A model generated the notes under the pieces. The model was not told where the DNA came from, ran no database searches, and saw only the letters and a program-made list of their open reading frames with translations. A stretch of DNA of 32,000 nucleotides. Origin: Longivirga aurantiaca (lineage in GTDB: Bacteria; Actinomycetota; Actinomycetes; S36-B12; CAIYMF01). The DNA lies in NCBI RefSeq assembly GCF_042660085.1, contig NZ_JBHSTI010000001.1:2591-34590 (forward strand), read 5' to 3'. Shown here in pieces: positions 1 through 8,260 of the stretch (within the stretch, counting starts at the first letter, position 1; each line of letters begins with the position of its first letter). The position numbers and the translations under genes are program-made.

Positions 1-19
1 AAGCGCTGACCGCCGTACG

Positions 20-1027
20 GTGGCGGGCGTGACCGAGCGCGAGATCACCGGGCCCGTCGACCTCTGCACGCCGAAGGGCCGCGTCAACCGCGACGCCGTG
101 GGGTGGACGCGGCAGCCGCTGCACCGCACCGCGGTGCCGGGCTGGGGACGCACGAAGCGCTGGGAGTACTGGGGCGTCATGACGCCGTCGGTGTTCGTCG
201 GGCTCACGGTGTCCTCGCTCGACTACGCCGGCGTCGAGGCGGTGTACGTGCTCGACCGCGCGACCGGCCGCGAGCACGTGCACGAGGCGGTCGTGCCGCT
301 CGCCCGCGGCGTGGTGCTACCCGATCGTTGCGGCACGGGCCGTGCGTCGGCGTCCGCGAAGGACCTGCGGATCGAGCTCGTCGAGGTAGCGGGCGGCACG
401 CACATCAGCGCCACCGCCCCGGGGATCGAGGTCGACGTCGTCGCCGCGCTGCCCGAGGGGCACGAGCGCATGGGTGTGGTCGTTCCGTGGTCCGACACCC
501 GCTTCCAGTACACGGTGAAGGACGTCGGGCGGCCGGTCTCCGGCACGGTCGTCGTCGACGGCGCTCAGCACGAGGTGGGTGGCGCCGGCTCGTTCGGGGT
601 GCTCGACCACGGCCGGGGGCGGTGGCCGTACTCGCTCACGTGGAACTGGGGCGCGGGCCACGGCACAGTCGACGGACGCGGCATCGGCGTCCAGGTGGGC
701 GGCCTCTGGACCGACGGCACCGGCTCGACCGAGAACGCCCTCGTGGTCGACGGCGTCGTGCACAAGGAGTCGGGCACCTTGCGGTGGGAGTACGACCGCG
801 CGGACTGGCTGCGGCCCTGGCGGATCCGGACCATCGACTCCGACCGTGTCGATCTGGCCTTCACCCCGCGGCACGAGCGGGTGGCGCGCACCAACCTGCT
901 CGTGGTCGCGAACGAGACGCACCAGTGCTTCGGCACCTGGTCGGGGTGGATGAGCACCGACGACGGCGAGCACGTCCGCGTGGACGGCGCCGAGGGTTGG
1001 GCCGAGGAGGCCCGCAACCGCTGGTGA
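20..1027 (+). CDS. DUF2804 family protein
   Basis: 335-aa ORF with DUF2804-like N-terminus (REITGPVDLCTPKGRVNRDAVGWTRQPLHR) and C-terminal CFGTWSGWMSTDDGEHVRVDGAEGWAEEARNRW; the true start may be upstream or slightly internal. Confidence 0.75.
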   Translation: MAGVTEREITGPVDLCTPKGRVNRDAVGWTRQPLHRTAVPGWGRTKRWEYWGVMTPSVFVGLTVSSLDYAGVEAVYVLDRATGREHVHEAVVPLARGVVLPDRCGTGRASASAKDLRIELVEVAGGTHISATAPGIEVDVVAALPEGHERMGVVVPWSDTRFQYTVKDVGRPVSGTVVVDGAQHEVGGAGSFGVLDHGRGRWPYSLTWNWGAGHGTVDGRGIGVQVGGLWTDGTGSTENALVVDGVVHKESGTLRWEYDRADWLRPWRIRTIDSDRVDLAFTPRHERVARTNLLVVANETHQCFGTWSGWMSTDDGEHVRVDGAEGWAEEARNRW

Positions 1028-1043
1028 GGCAAGCCTCACCTGA
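1025..1043. promoter_or_regulatory. Candidate DtxR/IdeR-like iron-box palindrome
   Basis: TGAGGCAAGCCTCACCTGA contains GGTGAGGC-AA-GCCTCACC (1023-1040). It matches 15 of 19 positions of the IdeR/DtxR consensus TWAGGTWAGSCTWACCTWA by eye and lies about 83 bp upstream of the YjjI-like start. Confidence 0.4.
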
Positions 1044-1125
1044 TCGCCTGTGCTGCAACGGGAATCACGTGCCCGAATGCCCGATCGCGCAGCCGTGGAA
1101 GGCCAGCCGCACCTACTCTGGACTC

Positions 1126-2679
1126 ATGGACATGTCCGAGGTACGCACGCGCGCCCGCACGCTCGTCGACAGCCCGGCGCTCACGTACAAGCAGCGCGTC
1201 CAGGCGCTCGCCGGCCTCGCCGAGGAGACGCTCGACCCGCCGCCCACCTCCACCGCTGTGACCGACGCGCTCGCGACCGGGCTCGTGTGCGACATCGGCG
1301 AGGGCCATGCGCCGTACCGGCCCCGCTACCTGCTGCCCGACTACCCCAAGGCGCTGCGCCAGGGCTCGGAGTTCCTCGGCCTGAAGCCGCCGACCGACCT
1401 CTACGAGGCCGTCGCGTTCCTGCTGTCGATGTACTCCCAGGTTCCGTCGATCACCGGCTACCCGGTCTACCTCGGCGACGTCGACTCGCTGCTCGAGCCG
1501 TACGCCGAGGGCGTCGACGACGAGACGCTCACGAAGATCCTGCGGCTGATGTGGGTCACGATCGACCGGTCGCTGCCCGACGCGTTCACCCACGCGAACC
1601 TCGGGCCGGACGACTCGCGCGTCGGCCGCACGATCCTGGCGCTCGAGCGCGAGCTGCTGCAGACCGTGCCGAACCTGACGCTGAAGGTGGACGCCGAGCG
1701 CACGCCCGACAGCCTCGTGCTCGACGCCGTCCGCACGGTGTTCGCGTGCGGCAAGCCGCACTTCGTCAACCACGCGATGATGACTGCCGACCTCGGGCCC
1801 GACTACGGCGTCGTCTCCTGCTACAACTCGCTGCGCGTCGGCGGGGGCTCGCACACGCTGGTGCGGCTCAACCTCGCCGAGTCCGCGCGCCGGAACGTCG
1901 GCGGCGTCGACGACTACCTCGCCGCCACGCTGCCCGAGCACGTCGCCGTCACGGCCGAGCTCATGGCCGCGCGCATCACGTCGCTGGTGGAGCAGGCGCA
2001 GTTCTTCGACCACAGCTGGCTCGCCGACGAGGGCCTCGTGCACCTCGACCGGATGTCGGCGATGTTCGGCGTCTACGGCCTCGCCGAGTGCGTCGACTCG
2101 CTCGTCGCCGCCGGTGGCGGCACCGGCCGCTACGGGCACGACGCCGATGCCACCGCGCTCGGGTGGCGCATCGTCGAGCGGGTCGCCGAGCTCGTCGCCG
2201 CGACCCCGCTCCCCTACTGCGAGGGCAACGGCGGCCGCGCGTTCCTACACTCGCAGTCCGGCATCGACTCCGACCTCGGCGTCACCGCCGGCACGCGCAT
2301 CCCCATCGGCGACGAGCCCCCGCTGTACGAGCACCTCGCGGCCGTCACGCCGAACCACAAGTGGTTCGCCTCGGGCGTGAGCGACATCCTGTCGTTCGAC
2401 GACACTGCCGTGCGCAACCCGCAGGCATGCGTCGACGTCGTACGCGGCGCTCTGGCCACCGGAATGCGCGACGTGACGTTCAACCTCGACAGCAACGACT
2501 TCATCCGCATCACCGGCTACCTCGTGCGCAAGAGCGACCTCGCCAAGCTCGAGGCGACCGGCGTCGCCCGTCATGGCAGCGACGTCCTCGCGGCCGGGTC
2601 GGTGGCGAACTCGCACTCGGACAAGCGTGCGCCGAAGCGGGTGATCAGCCATGAGTCAGCCCCTCGGGCTGCTGGCTGA
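1126..2679 (+). CDS. yjjI: YjjI-like glycyl radical enzyme (PFL-like)
   Basis: In-frame ATG at 1126 (MDMSEVRTRARTLVDSPALTYKQRVQALAGLAEE...). C-terminal glycyl-radical-like motif DFIRITGYLVRKSDLAKLE; candidate catalytic Cys in GVVSCYNSLRVGGGS; adjacent YjjW-like activase. The track ORF from 103 carries a spurious N-terminal extension. Confidence 0.82.
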   Translation: MDMSEVRTRARTLVDSPALTYKQRVQALAGLAEETLDPPPTSTAVTDALATGLVCDIGEGHAPYRPRYLLPDYPKALRQGSEFLGLKPPTDLYEAVAFLLSMYSQVPSITGYPVYLGDVDSLLEPYAEGVDDETLTKILRLMWVTIDRSLPDAFTHANLGPDDSRVGRTILALERELLQTVPNLTLKVDAERTPDSLVLDAVRTVFACGKPHFVNHAMMTADLGPDYGVVSCYNSLRVGGGSHTLVRLNLAESARRNVGGVDDYLAATLPEHVAVTAELMAARITSLVEQAQFFDHSWLADEGLVHLDRMSAMFGVYGLAECVDSLVAAGGGTGRYGHDADATALGWRIVERVAELVAATPLPYCEGNGGRAFLHSQSGIDSDLGVTAGTRIPIGDEPPLYEHLAAVTPNHKWFASGVSDILSFDDTAVRNPQACVDVVRGALATGMRDVTFNLDSNDFIRITGYLVRKSDLAKLEATGVARHGSDVLAAGSVANSHSDKRAPKRVISHESAPRAAG

Positions 2680-3379
2680 CGTCGTCCCGTTCTCCTGGGT
2701 CGACGGGCCGGGCAACCGGTTCGCCGTGTTCCTCCAGGGGTGCAACCTCGACTGCCTGGTGTGCCACAACCCGCACACGATGCCGCTGCAGACGCCGCTC
2801 GCCCGGTCGGTGACTGTGGCCGAGCTCGTCGACGAGGTGCGTCCCCAGGCGCCGTACCTCTCGGGCGTGACCGTCTCCGGCGGCGAGGCGACGCTGCAGG
2901 CACCGTTCGTGGCCGCCTGGTTCGACGCGCTGCGCGAGGACCCGGCCACCGCCCACCTGACCCGCTTCGTCGACAGCAACGGCTGCGCCGACGACGAGGT
3001 GTGGGACCTCCTGCTCCCGCGCACCGAGGGCGTGATGCTCGACCTCAAGGCGCTCGACCTCGGCACCCACCTCGAGCTCACCGGGTCGTCGAACTTCCCG
3101 GTGCTGCGCAGCCTCGACCGGCTCGCGCTCGCGCACAAGCTCGCAGAGGTCCGGCTGCTCATCGTGCCGGGCCGCAACGACTCCGAGGAGACGCTCCGCC
3201 GCACCGGCGCGTACGTCGCTGCCCGGGCACCCGGTGTGCCCGTGCGCGTCATCGGCTTCCGGCCGCACGGCGTACGGGCCGCAGCGCGGTCCATCCCCGA
3301 GCCGACGCCCGAGGAGCGCGCCCACTACGGCGCCTGGGTCGCCGAGTCCGTCGGCGCCGACCTCGTCACCGTCGTCTGA
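2651..3379 (+). CDS. yjjW: YjjW-like glycyl radical enzyme activase (radical SAM)
   Basis: Radical-SAM CxxxCxxC motif (QGCNLDCLVCHNPHT), VTVSGGEATLQ, MLDLKALD; overlaps the yjjI-like ORF by 29 bp. Confidence 0.83.
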   Translation: MSQPLGLLADVVPFSWVDGPGNRFAVFLQGCNLDCLVCHNPHTMPLQTPLARSVTVAELVDEVRPQAPYLSGVTVSGGEATLQAPFVAAWFDALREDPATAHLTRFVDSNGCADDEVWDLLLPRTEGVMLDLKALDLGTHLELTGSSNFPVLRSLDRLALAHKLAEVRLLIVPGRNDSEETLRRTGAYVAARAPGVPVRVIGFRPHGVRAAARSIPEPTPEERAHYGAWVAESVGADLVTVV

Positions 3380-3381
3380 CG

Positions 3382-3433
3382 CGATTTGGTAGTGGTTTCT
3401 CGCAGCAGAGCGCGAGATTCCACTACCGAATCG
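3382..3433. repeat. Imperfect 22-bp inverted repeat (hairpin)
   Basis: CGATTTGGTAGTGGTTTCTCGC (3382-3403), 8-nt loop, GCGAGATTCCACTACCGAATCG (3412-3433). 19/22 Watson-Crick pairs plus one G-U possibility. Starts 2 bp after the yjjW stop; could be a terminator. Confidence 0.75.
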
Positions 3434-3467
3434 GGCGTTGGTACGAGCGGCGATTACGCTCTCGACC

Positions 3468-4328
3468 ATGCTGATCGTCGACGCGCACGAGGCGCACACC
3501 TGGTTCGGGTTCGGCGTCGCCGGCAACTTCGCCGGCCACCTCGAGCAGGCGGGCGAGGCGGGCGACTTCGTGTCGGTCACGGCGCCCGAGAACGCGCCGA
3601 AGGGCATCTTCCCCTTCTACGTGCCGGGCAAGGACTCGTACCTCGGCACCTTCCCGATCTCGTCCGACGCCGTGCAGCTGCCGGAGTCCGACACCCCGCT
3701 CAACCTGCAGATCGAACCGGAGGCCGGCCTGCTCTGCCACGTCCACTACGGCGAGGACGGCAGCGTCGAGCGGCTCGCACCGTATGCGATCGGGGCGTTC
3801 AACGACTGCTCGATCCGCCGCCCTGACGCCAAGAAGCTGAGCGAGAAGAAGAACTGGGGCCCGGCGTCCAAGGGCCTCGCCGCGCGCCTGCTCACGGTCG
3901 ACGACCTCGGCCCCGCCGGAGGCACCGCCGAGCTGCGCATCGCGAGCTTCCTGCGCCGCGCCGGCGAGGCGCACGCCTACGGTCTCGACTCCCCCGTCGT
4001 CGGCTACTCGTACTACGGCGACGTCCTGCTCGACTGGATGGTCGAGCGCCTGCACCACCAGAAGGGCGCGCCCGAGACGCCGCTCGAGGACGTCGGGCAG
4101 TACCTCCTCGACGCCGGCCGCCCCGCCACGGCCGTGATCGGCATCGGCGCCACGCGTTACACCGAGGTCGGCGAGAGCACCTACCTCGAGGACGGCGACC
4201 AGGCGATCGTGATCGTGTACGACGCCGACGCGAGCACGCCCGAGCAGGTCGCGGCCGCGGTCGCCGCAGGCACCGAGGACGACCTCGAGCATGCCTCGGT
4301 GCTGCGCCAGACCGTCCGCACCGCCTGA
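3468..4328 (+). CDS. DUF5718-like protein
   Basis: Starts at internal ATG (MLIVDAHEAHTWFGFGVAGNFAGHLEQAGEAGDF...); ends RQTVRTA. Family assignment from recall. Confidence 0.55.
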   Translation: MLIVDAHEAHTWFGFGVAGNFAGHLEQAGEAGDFVSVTAPENAPKGIFPFYVPGKDSYLGTFPISSDAVQLPESDTPLNLQIEPEAGLLCHVHYGEDGSVERLAPYAIGAFNDCSIRRPDAKKLSEKKNWGPASKGLAARLLTVDDLGPAGGTAELRIASFLRRAGEAHAYGLDSPVVGYSYYGDVLLDWMVERLHHQKGAPETPLEDVGQYLLDAGRPATAVIGIGATRYTEVGESTYLEDGDQAIVIVYDADASTPEQVAAAVAAGTEDDLEHASVLRQTVRTA

Positions 4329-4343
4329 GCAGCACCTGACGCA

Positions 4344-4376
4344 CGAGAGCCCCGGCCGCATCGGCCGGGGCTCTCG
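4344..4376. terminator. Perfect 15-bp hairpin, probable bidirectional terminator
   Basis: CGAGAGCCCCGGCCG-CAT-CGGCCGGGGCTCTCG between convergent stops at 4328 (+) and 4389 (-). Confidence 0.8.
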
Positions 4377-4388
4377 AACGTCCAGGGA

Positions 4389-5183
4389 CTAGCGCGGGGT
4401 GCTGCCGCCCGGCGTCGCGCCCGGCTTCTCGCGCTTCTCGTTCTTCCGGAAGAGCGACGCCACCGAGAAGATCGGGTCGTACTTGCGGTCGGCGACGCGC
4501 TCCTTGAGCGGGATGAGCGCGTTGTCGGTGATGTGGATGTGCTCGGGGCAGACCTCGGTGCAGCACTTGGTGATGTTGCAGTAGCCGAGACCGTGGTCCT
4601 CCACGGCGACCTCGCGACGGTCGGCCGTGTCGAGCGGGTGCATGTCGAGCTCGGCGATGCGCATGAGGAAGCGCGGGCCGGAGAACGTGGTCTTGTTCTC
4701 CTCGTGGTCGCGCACCGCGTGGCACACGTTGTTGCAGAGGAAGCACTCGATGCACTTGCGGAACTCCTGGCTCCGCTCGACGTCGACCTGCTGCATCCGG
4801 TAGTCGCCCGGCTCGAGGTCCGCGGGCGGCGCGAACGACGGCACCATGCGGGCCTTCTCGTAGTTGTACGAGACGTCCGTGACGAGGTCGCGGATCACCG
4901 GGAACGTCCGCAGGGGCGTGATCGCGATCGTCTCGTCCTCGGTGAACGTGTTCATGCGCGTCATGCACATGAGCCGCGGCTTGCCGTTGATCTCCGCGCT
5001 GCACGAGCCGCACTTGCCGGCCTTGCAGTTCCAGCGGACGGCGAGGTCAGGAGCCTCGGTCGCCTGCAGACGGTGGACGATGTCGAGGACGACCTCGCCC
5101 TCGTTGACCTCGACGGCGAAGTCCTGCAGCGCGCCGCCCTCGTCGTCGCCGCGCCATACCTTGAACTTGGCGGTGTACGTCAT
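4389..5183 (-). CDS. sdhB: Succinate dehydrogenase/fumarate reductase iron-sulfur subunit
   Basis: MTYTAKFKVWRGDDEGG..., CKAGKCGSC...MCMTRMN plant-type [2Fe-2S] motif, and CIECFLCNNVC and CCTEVCPEHI cluster motifs. Confidence 0.93.
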   Translation of the reverse strand: MTYTAKFKVWRGDDEGGALQDFAVEVNEGEVVLDIVHRLQATEAPDLAVRWNCKAGKCGSCSAEINGKPRLMCMTRMNTFTEDETIAITPLRTFPVIRDLVTDVSYNYEKARMVPSFAPPADLEPGDYRMQQVDVERSQEFRKCIECFLCNNVCHAVRDHEENKTTFSGPRFLMRIAELDMHPLDTADRREVAVEDHGLGYCNITKCCTEVCPEHIHITDNALIPLKERVADRKYDPIFSVASLFRKNEKREKPGATPGGSTPR

Positions 5184-7066
5184 CAGTGGGCACCCTTCGG
5201 GAGCTCGGCCTCGGTGAGGTACTTCTTCAGCTCGCTGACCTCGAAGAGCTCGATGAGGTCCTCGCGCATCGGCGGGATCGGCTGGCGCTCGATGGCGACG
5301 CCGTCGCCCTCCGCGCGGCAGACGATGTTGACCTGGCGCCACTCAGGGTTCATGCCCGGGAAGTCGTCGCGGGTGTGGCCGCCACGGCTCTCGGTCCGCT
5401 CGAGCGCGGCCTTGGCGACCGACTCGCCGACCAGCAGCATGTTGCGCAGGTCGATCGCGAGGTGCCAGCCCGGGTTGAACGCCCGGCCGCCCTCGACCTT
5501 GGCGTTCTGCACGCGCACCTTGAAGTCGTCGAGCCGCTCGAGCGCCTCGACGAGCTCGGCCTCGGTGCGGATGATGCCGACGAGGTCGTTCATCGTCTGC
5601 TGCAGCTCGGCGTGGATGACGAACGGGTTCTCGCCGCTCTCGATGTTGAACGGGAGCAGCGCCTCGGCCTCGGCCTCGGCCAGCATCTCGTCGGTGACCG
5701 CGGGCCGCGAGCCGCCGAGCCGGTCGATGTACTCGGCAGCACCGAGCCCGGCGCGACGGCCGAAGACCAGCAGGTCCGAGAGCGAGTTGCCGCCGAGACG
5801 GTTCGAGCCGTGCATCCCGCCGGAGACCTCGCCTGCGGCGAACAGGCCGGGGAGCTTGGTCATCTCGGAGTCGGGGTCGACCTCCACGCCACCCATGACG
5901 TAGTGGCAGGTCGGACCGACCTCCATCGGCTCCTTGGTGATGTCGACGTCGGCCAGCTCCTTGAACTGGTGCCACATCGACGGGAGCTTCTTGCGGATGA
6001 CGTCGGCGGGCAGCCGGCTCGACACGTCGAGGTAGACGCCGCCGCGGGGGGATCCACGGCCCGCCTTGACCTCGGAGTTGATCGCGCGGGCGACCTCGTC
6101 GCGGGGCAGCAGCTCCGGAGGCCGGCGGTTGTTGTCGGGGTCGGTGTACCAGCGGTCACCCTCCTCGGGCGTCGTCGCGTACATCGCCTTGAAGACGTCG
6201 GGGATGTAGTCGAACATGAAGCGCTTGCCCTCGGAGTTCGTGAGGACGCCGCCATCCCCTCGCACCGACTCGGTGACGAGGATGCCCTTCACCGAGGGCG
6301 GCCAGACCATGCCCGTCGGGTGGAACTGGATGAACTCCATGTTGAGCGTGGTCGCGCCGGCCTTCATCGCGAGGGCGTGACCGTCGCCGGTGTACTCCCA
6401 CGAGCCGCTCGTGACCTTGAACGTCTTGCCGATGCCACCGGTCGCGAGCACGACGGCAGGTGCCTCGAAAAGGACGAAGTCGCCGGTCTCGCGGTAGTAG
6501 CCGTAGGCGCCGGCGGCGCGGCCGTCGGCGGTGAGCAGGCGGGTGATGGTGACCTCGGCGAAGATCTTGATGCCCGCCTCGTAGTCACCCGTCGCGCGGA
6601 AGTCGTCCTGCTGCAGCGAGACGATCTTCTGCTGCAGCGTGCGGATCAGCTCGAGGCCCGAGCGGTCGCCGACGTGGGCGAGGCGCGGGTACTCGTGGCC
6701 GCCGAAGTTGCGCTGGCTGATCTTGCCGTCGGGCGTGCGGTCGAAGAGCGCACCGTAGGTCTCCAGCTCCCAGACTCGCTGCGGCGCCTCCTTGGCGTGC
6801 AGCTCGGCCATCCGCCACGAGTTGAGGAACTTGCCGCCGCGCATGGTGTCGCGGAAGTGGACCTGCCAGTTGTCGTTCGAGTTCACGTTGCCCATGGCCG
6901 CGGCGATGCCGCCCTCGGCCATGACGGTGTGGGCCTTGCCGAACAGCGACTTGCAGACGATGGCGACGCGCTTGCCCAGGAGTCGCGCCTCGATCGCGGC
7001 GCGCAGACCGGCGCCACCGGCACCGATGACGACGACGTCGAAGGAATGGCGCTCGAGCTCGGTCAT
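5183..7066 (-). CDS. sdhA: Succinate dehydrogenase/fumarate reductase flavoprotein subunit
   Basis: VVVIGAGGAGLRAAIEARLLGKRVAIVCKSLFGKAHTVMAEGG FAD-binding motif, EFIQFHPTG, HGSNRLGGNSLSDLLVFGRRAG; abuts sdhB with a 1-bp stop/start overlap. Confidence 0.95.
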   Translation of the reverse strand: MTELERHSFDVVVIGAGGAGLRAAIEARLLGKRVAIVCKSLFGKAHTVMAEGGIAAAMGNVNSNDNWQVHFRDTMRGGKFLNSWRMAELHAKEAPQRVWELETYGALFDRTPDGKISQRNFGGHEYPRLAHVGDRSGLELIRTLQQKIVSLQQDDFRATGDYEAGIKIFAEVTITRLLTADGRAAGAYGYYRETGDFVLFEAPAVVLATGGIGKTFKVTSGSWEYTGDGHALAMKAGATTLNMEFIQFHPTGMVWPPSVKGILVTESVRGDGGVLTNSEGKRFMFDYIPDVFKAMYATTPEEGDRWYTDPDNNRRPPELLPRDEVARAINSEVKAGRGSPRGGVYLDVSSRLPADVIRKKLPSMWHQFKELADVDITKEPMEVGPTCHYVMGGVEVDPDSEMTKLPGLFAAGEVSGGMHGSNRLGGNSLSDLLVFGRRAGLGAAEYIDRLGGSRPAVTDEMLAEAEAEALLPFNIESGENPFVIHAELQQTMNDLVGIIRTEAELVEALERLDDFKVRVQNAKVEGGRAFNPGWHLAIDLRNMLLVGESVAKAALERTESRGGHTRDDFPGMNPEWRQVNIVCRAEGDGVAIERQPIPPMREDLIELFEVSELKKYLTEAELPKGAH

Positions 7067-7089
7067 GAAGGGGTTCCTTTACGCGGCCG

Positions 7090-7884
7090 TCAGAAGGAGA
7101 TGTGCAGGTCGGTGCTGAGGATGCCGGACGCCAGCAGGTAGACGTAGAAGTCGGCGAGCACGACGGTGCACAGCGAGATCCACGCCCACTTCATGTGGTG
7201 GGCGTTGATGCGCGACACGAACGTCCACATCTTGTAGCGGACGGGGTGCTTGGAGAAGTGCGTGATCCGGCCGCCGACGGCGTTGCGGCAGGAGTGGCAC
7301 GACAGCGTGTACATCCACAGGGCAGCGGCGTTGACGCACAGGATGATCGTGCCGAGGCCGATGTAGCCCCAGCCGCCCTCGGGCTTCCGGAACGCCGCCA
7401 CGGCGTCGATCGTCAGCATGATGTTGAGGAGCAGCGCCAGGTAGAACGTGTAGCGGTGCATGTTGTTGAGGATCAGCGGGAGGCGGCGCTCACCGGTGTA
7501 CTTGCCGTGGGGCTCGGCGACGGCGCAGGCCGGCGGCGACATCCAGAACGACCGGAAGTAGGCCTTCCGGTAGTAGTAGCAGGTGAACCGGAACGTCAGC
7601 GGGATCCACGCGATCAGCAGCGCCGGGGAGAGCGTCCACCACGAGATCGGGCCGGCGGGGATGGCGCCCGGGTCGCAGGTGGTGACCAGGCACGGCGAGT
7701 AGTACAGCGAGACGTACGGCTCGAACACGTAGTACTGACCGCTGAACACGCGCCAGGCGGAGTACACGACGAACGCCGTGAGCGCGAGGAACGTGACGAG
7801 CGGCTGGATCCACCAGCGGTCCGTCCTCAGCGTCCTGACGTCGATCTTCGCGCGTCCTGGTGCGTCGACACCGGTGCTGGCCAT
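7090..7884 (-). CDS. sdhC: Succinate dehydrogenase membrane anchor, Sdh1-type single large subunit
   Basis: 264-aa multi-TM protein (RWWIQPLVTFLALTAFVVYSAWRVFSGQYY..., HRYTFYLALLLNIMLTIDAVAAF, MYTLSCHSCRNAVGG) immediately upstream of sdhA, resembling the actinobacterial Sdh1 anchor. Confidence 0.82.
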   Translation of the reverse strand: MASTGVDAPGRAKIDVRTLRTDRWWIQPLVTFLALTAFVVYSAWRVFSGQYYVFEPYVSLYYSPCLVTTCDPGAIPAGPISWWTLSPALLIAWIPLTFRFTCYYYRKAYFRSFWMSPPACAVAEPHGKYTGERRLPLILNNMHRYTFYLALLLNIMLTIDAVAAFRKPEGGWGYIGLGTIILCVNAAALWMYTLSCHSCRNAVGGRITHFSKHPVRYKMWTFVSRINAHHMKWAWISLCTVVLADFYVYLLASGILSTDLHISF

Positions 7885-8142
7885 GCGGCTCCCTGCCCGT
7901 TCTGCGTGAGTCGAGTTCGCGGGTCAATCCGTGGGCGAGTGTGCCAGGACCATGCCCCCCATGGGCCCCATACCCCGGCAAGCCGGAGGGGTCCGTGACA
8001 CACGCCACAAGGCTCCGCGGAGCGGCGCCTCGGACGAGGCGGCGGGGCGTGGAGCCGGCGACGGGTCGAGCGGGGCGGAGCAGGCCCCGAGAACCCGCCG
8101 GTCCGGGAGCACCCGGTCCACCGGGTCACAGGTTCCTCCTGG

Positions 8143-8173
8143 CACGGCGTCCCTGCCAGCCAGGGACGCCGTG
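8143..8173. repeat. Perfect 13-bp hairpin in the divergent sdhC/M20 intergenic region
   Basis: CACGGCGTCCCTG-CCAGC-CAGGGACGCCGTG; followed by a second perfect hairpin GCGGGAC-GCC-GTCCCGC at 8189-8205. Confidence 0.75.
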
Positions 8174-8260
8174 AGGTCCGTCACCGTCGCGGGACGCCGT
8201 CCCGCCCTGCGGCACGGGCCCCCGGTGGGTTCCCCCGCCCGCGGCCCCTAGCGTGCTCCC

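Noticed and set aside
103-1125. N-terminal extension of the 858-aa track ORF (103..2679)
   Set aside because: Arg/Gly-rich low-complexity translation overlapping the well-supported DUF2804 gene in another frame; the recognisable protein begins at MDMSEV (1126).
5186-7141. 651-aa + strand ORF opposite sdhA
   Set aside because: Mirror ORF of sdhA with biased composition; the minus strand encodes an unambiguous flavoprotein.
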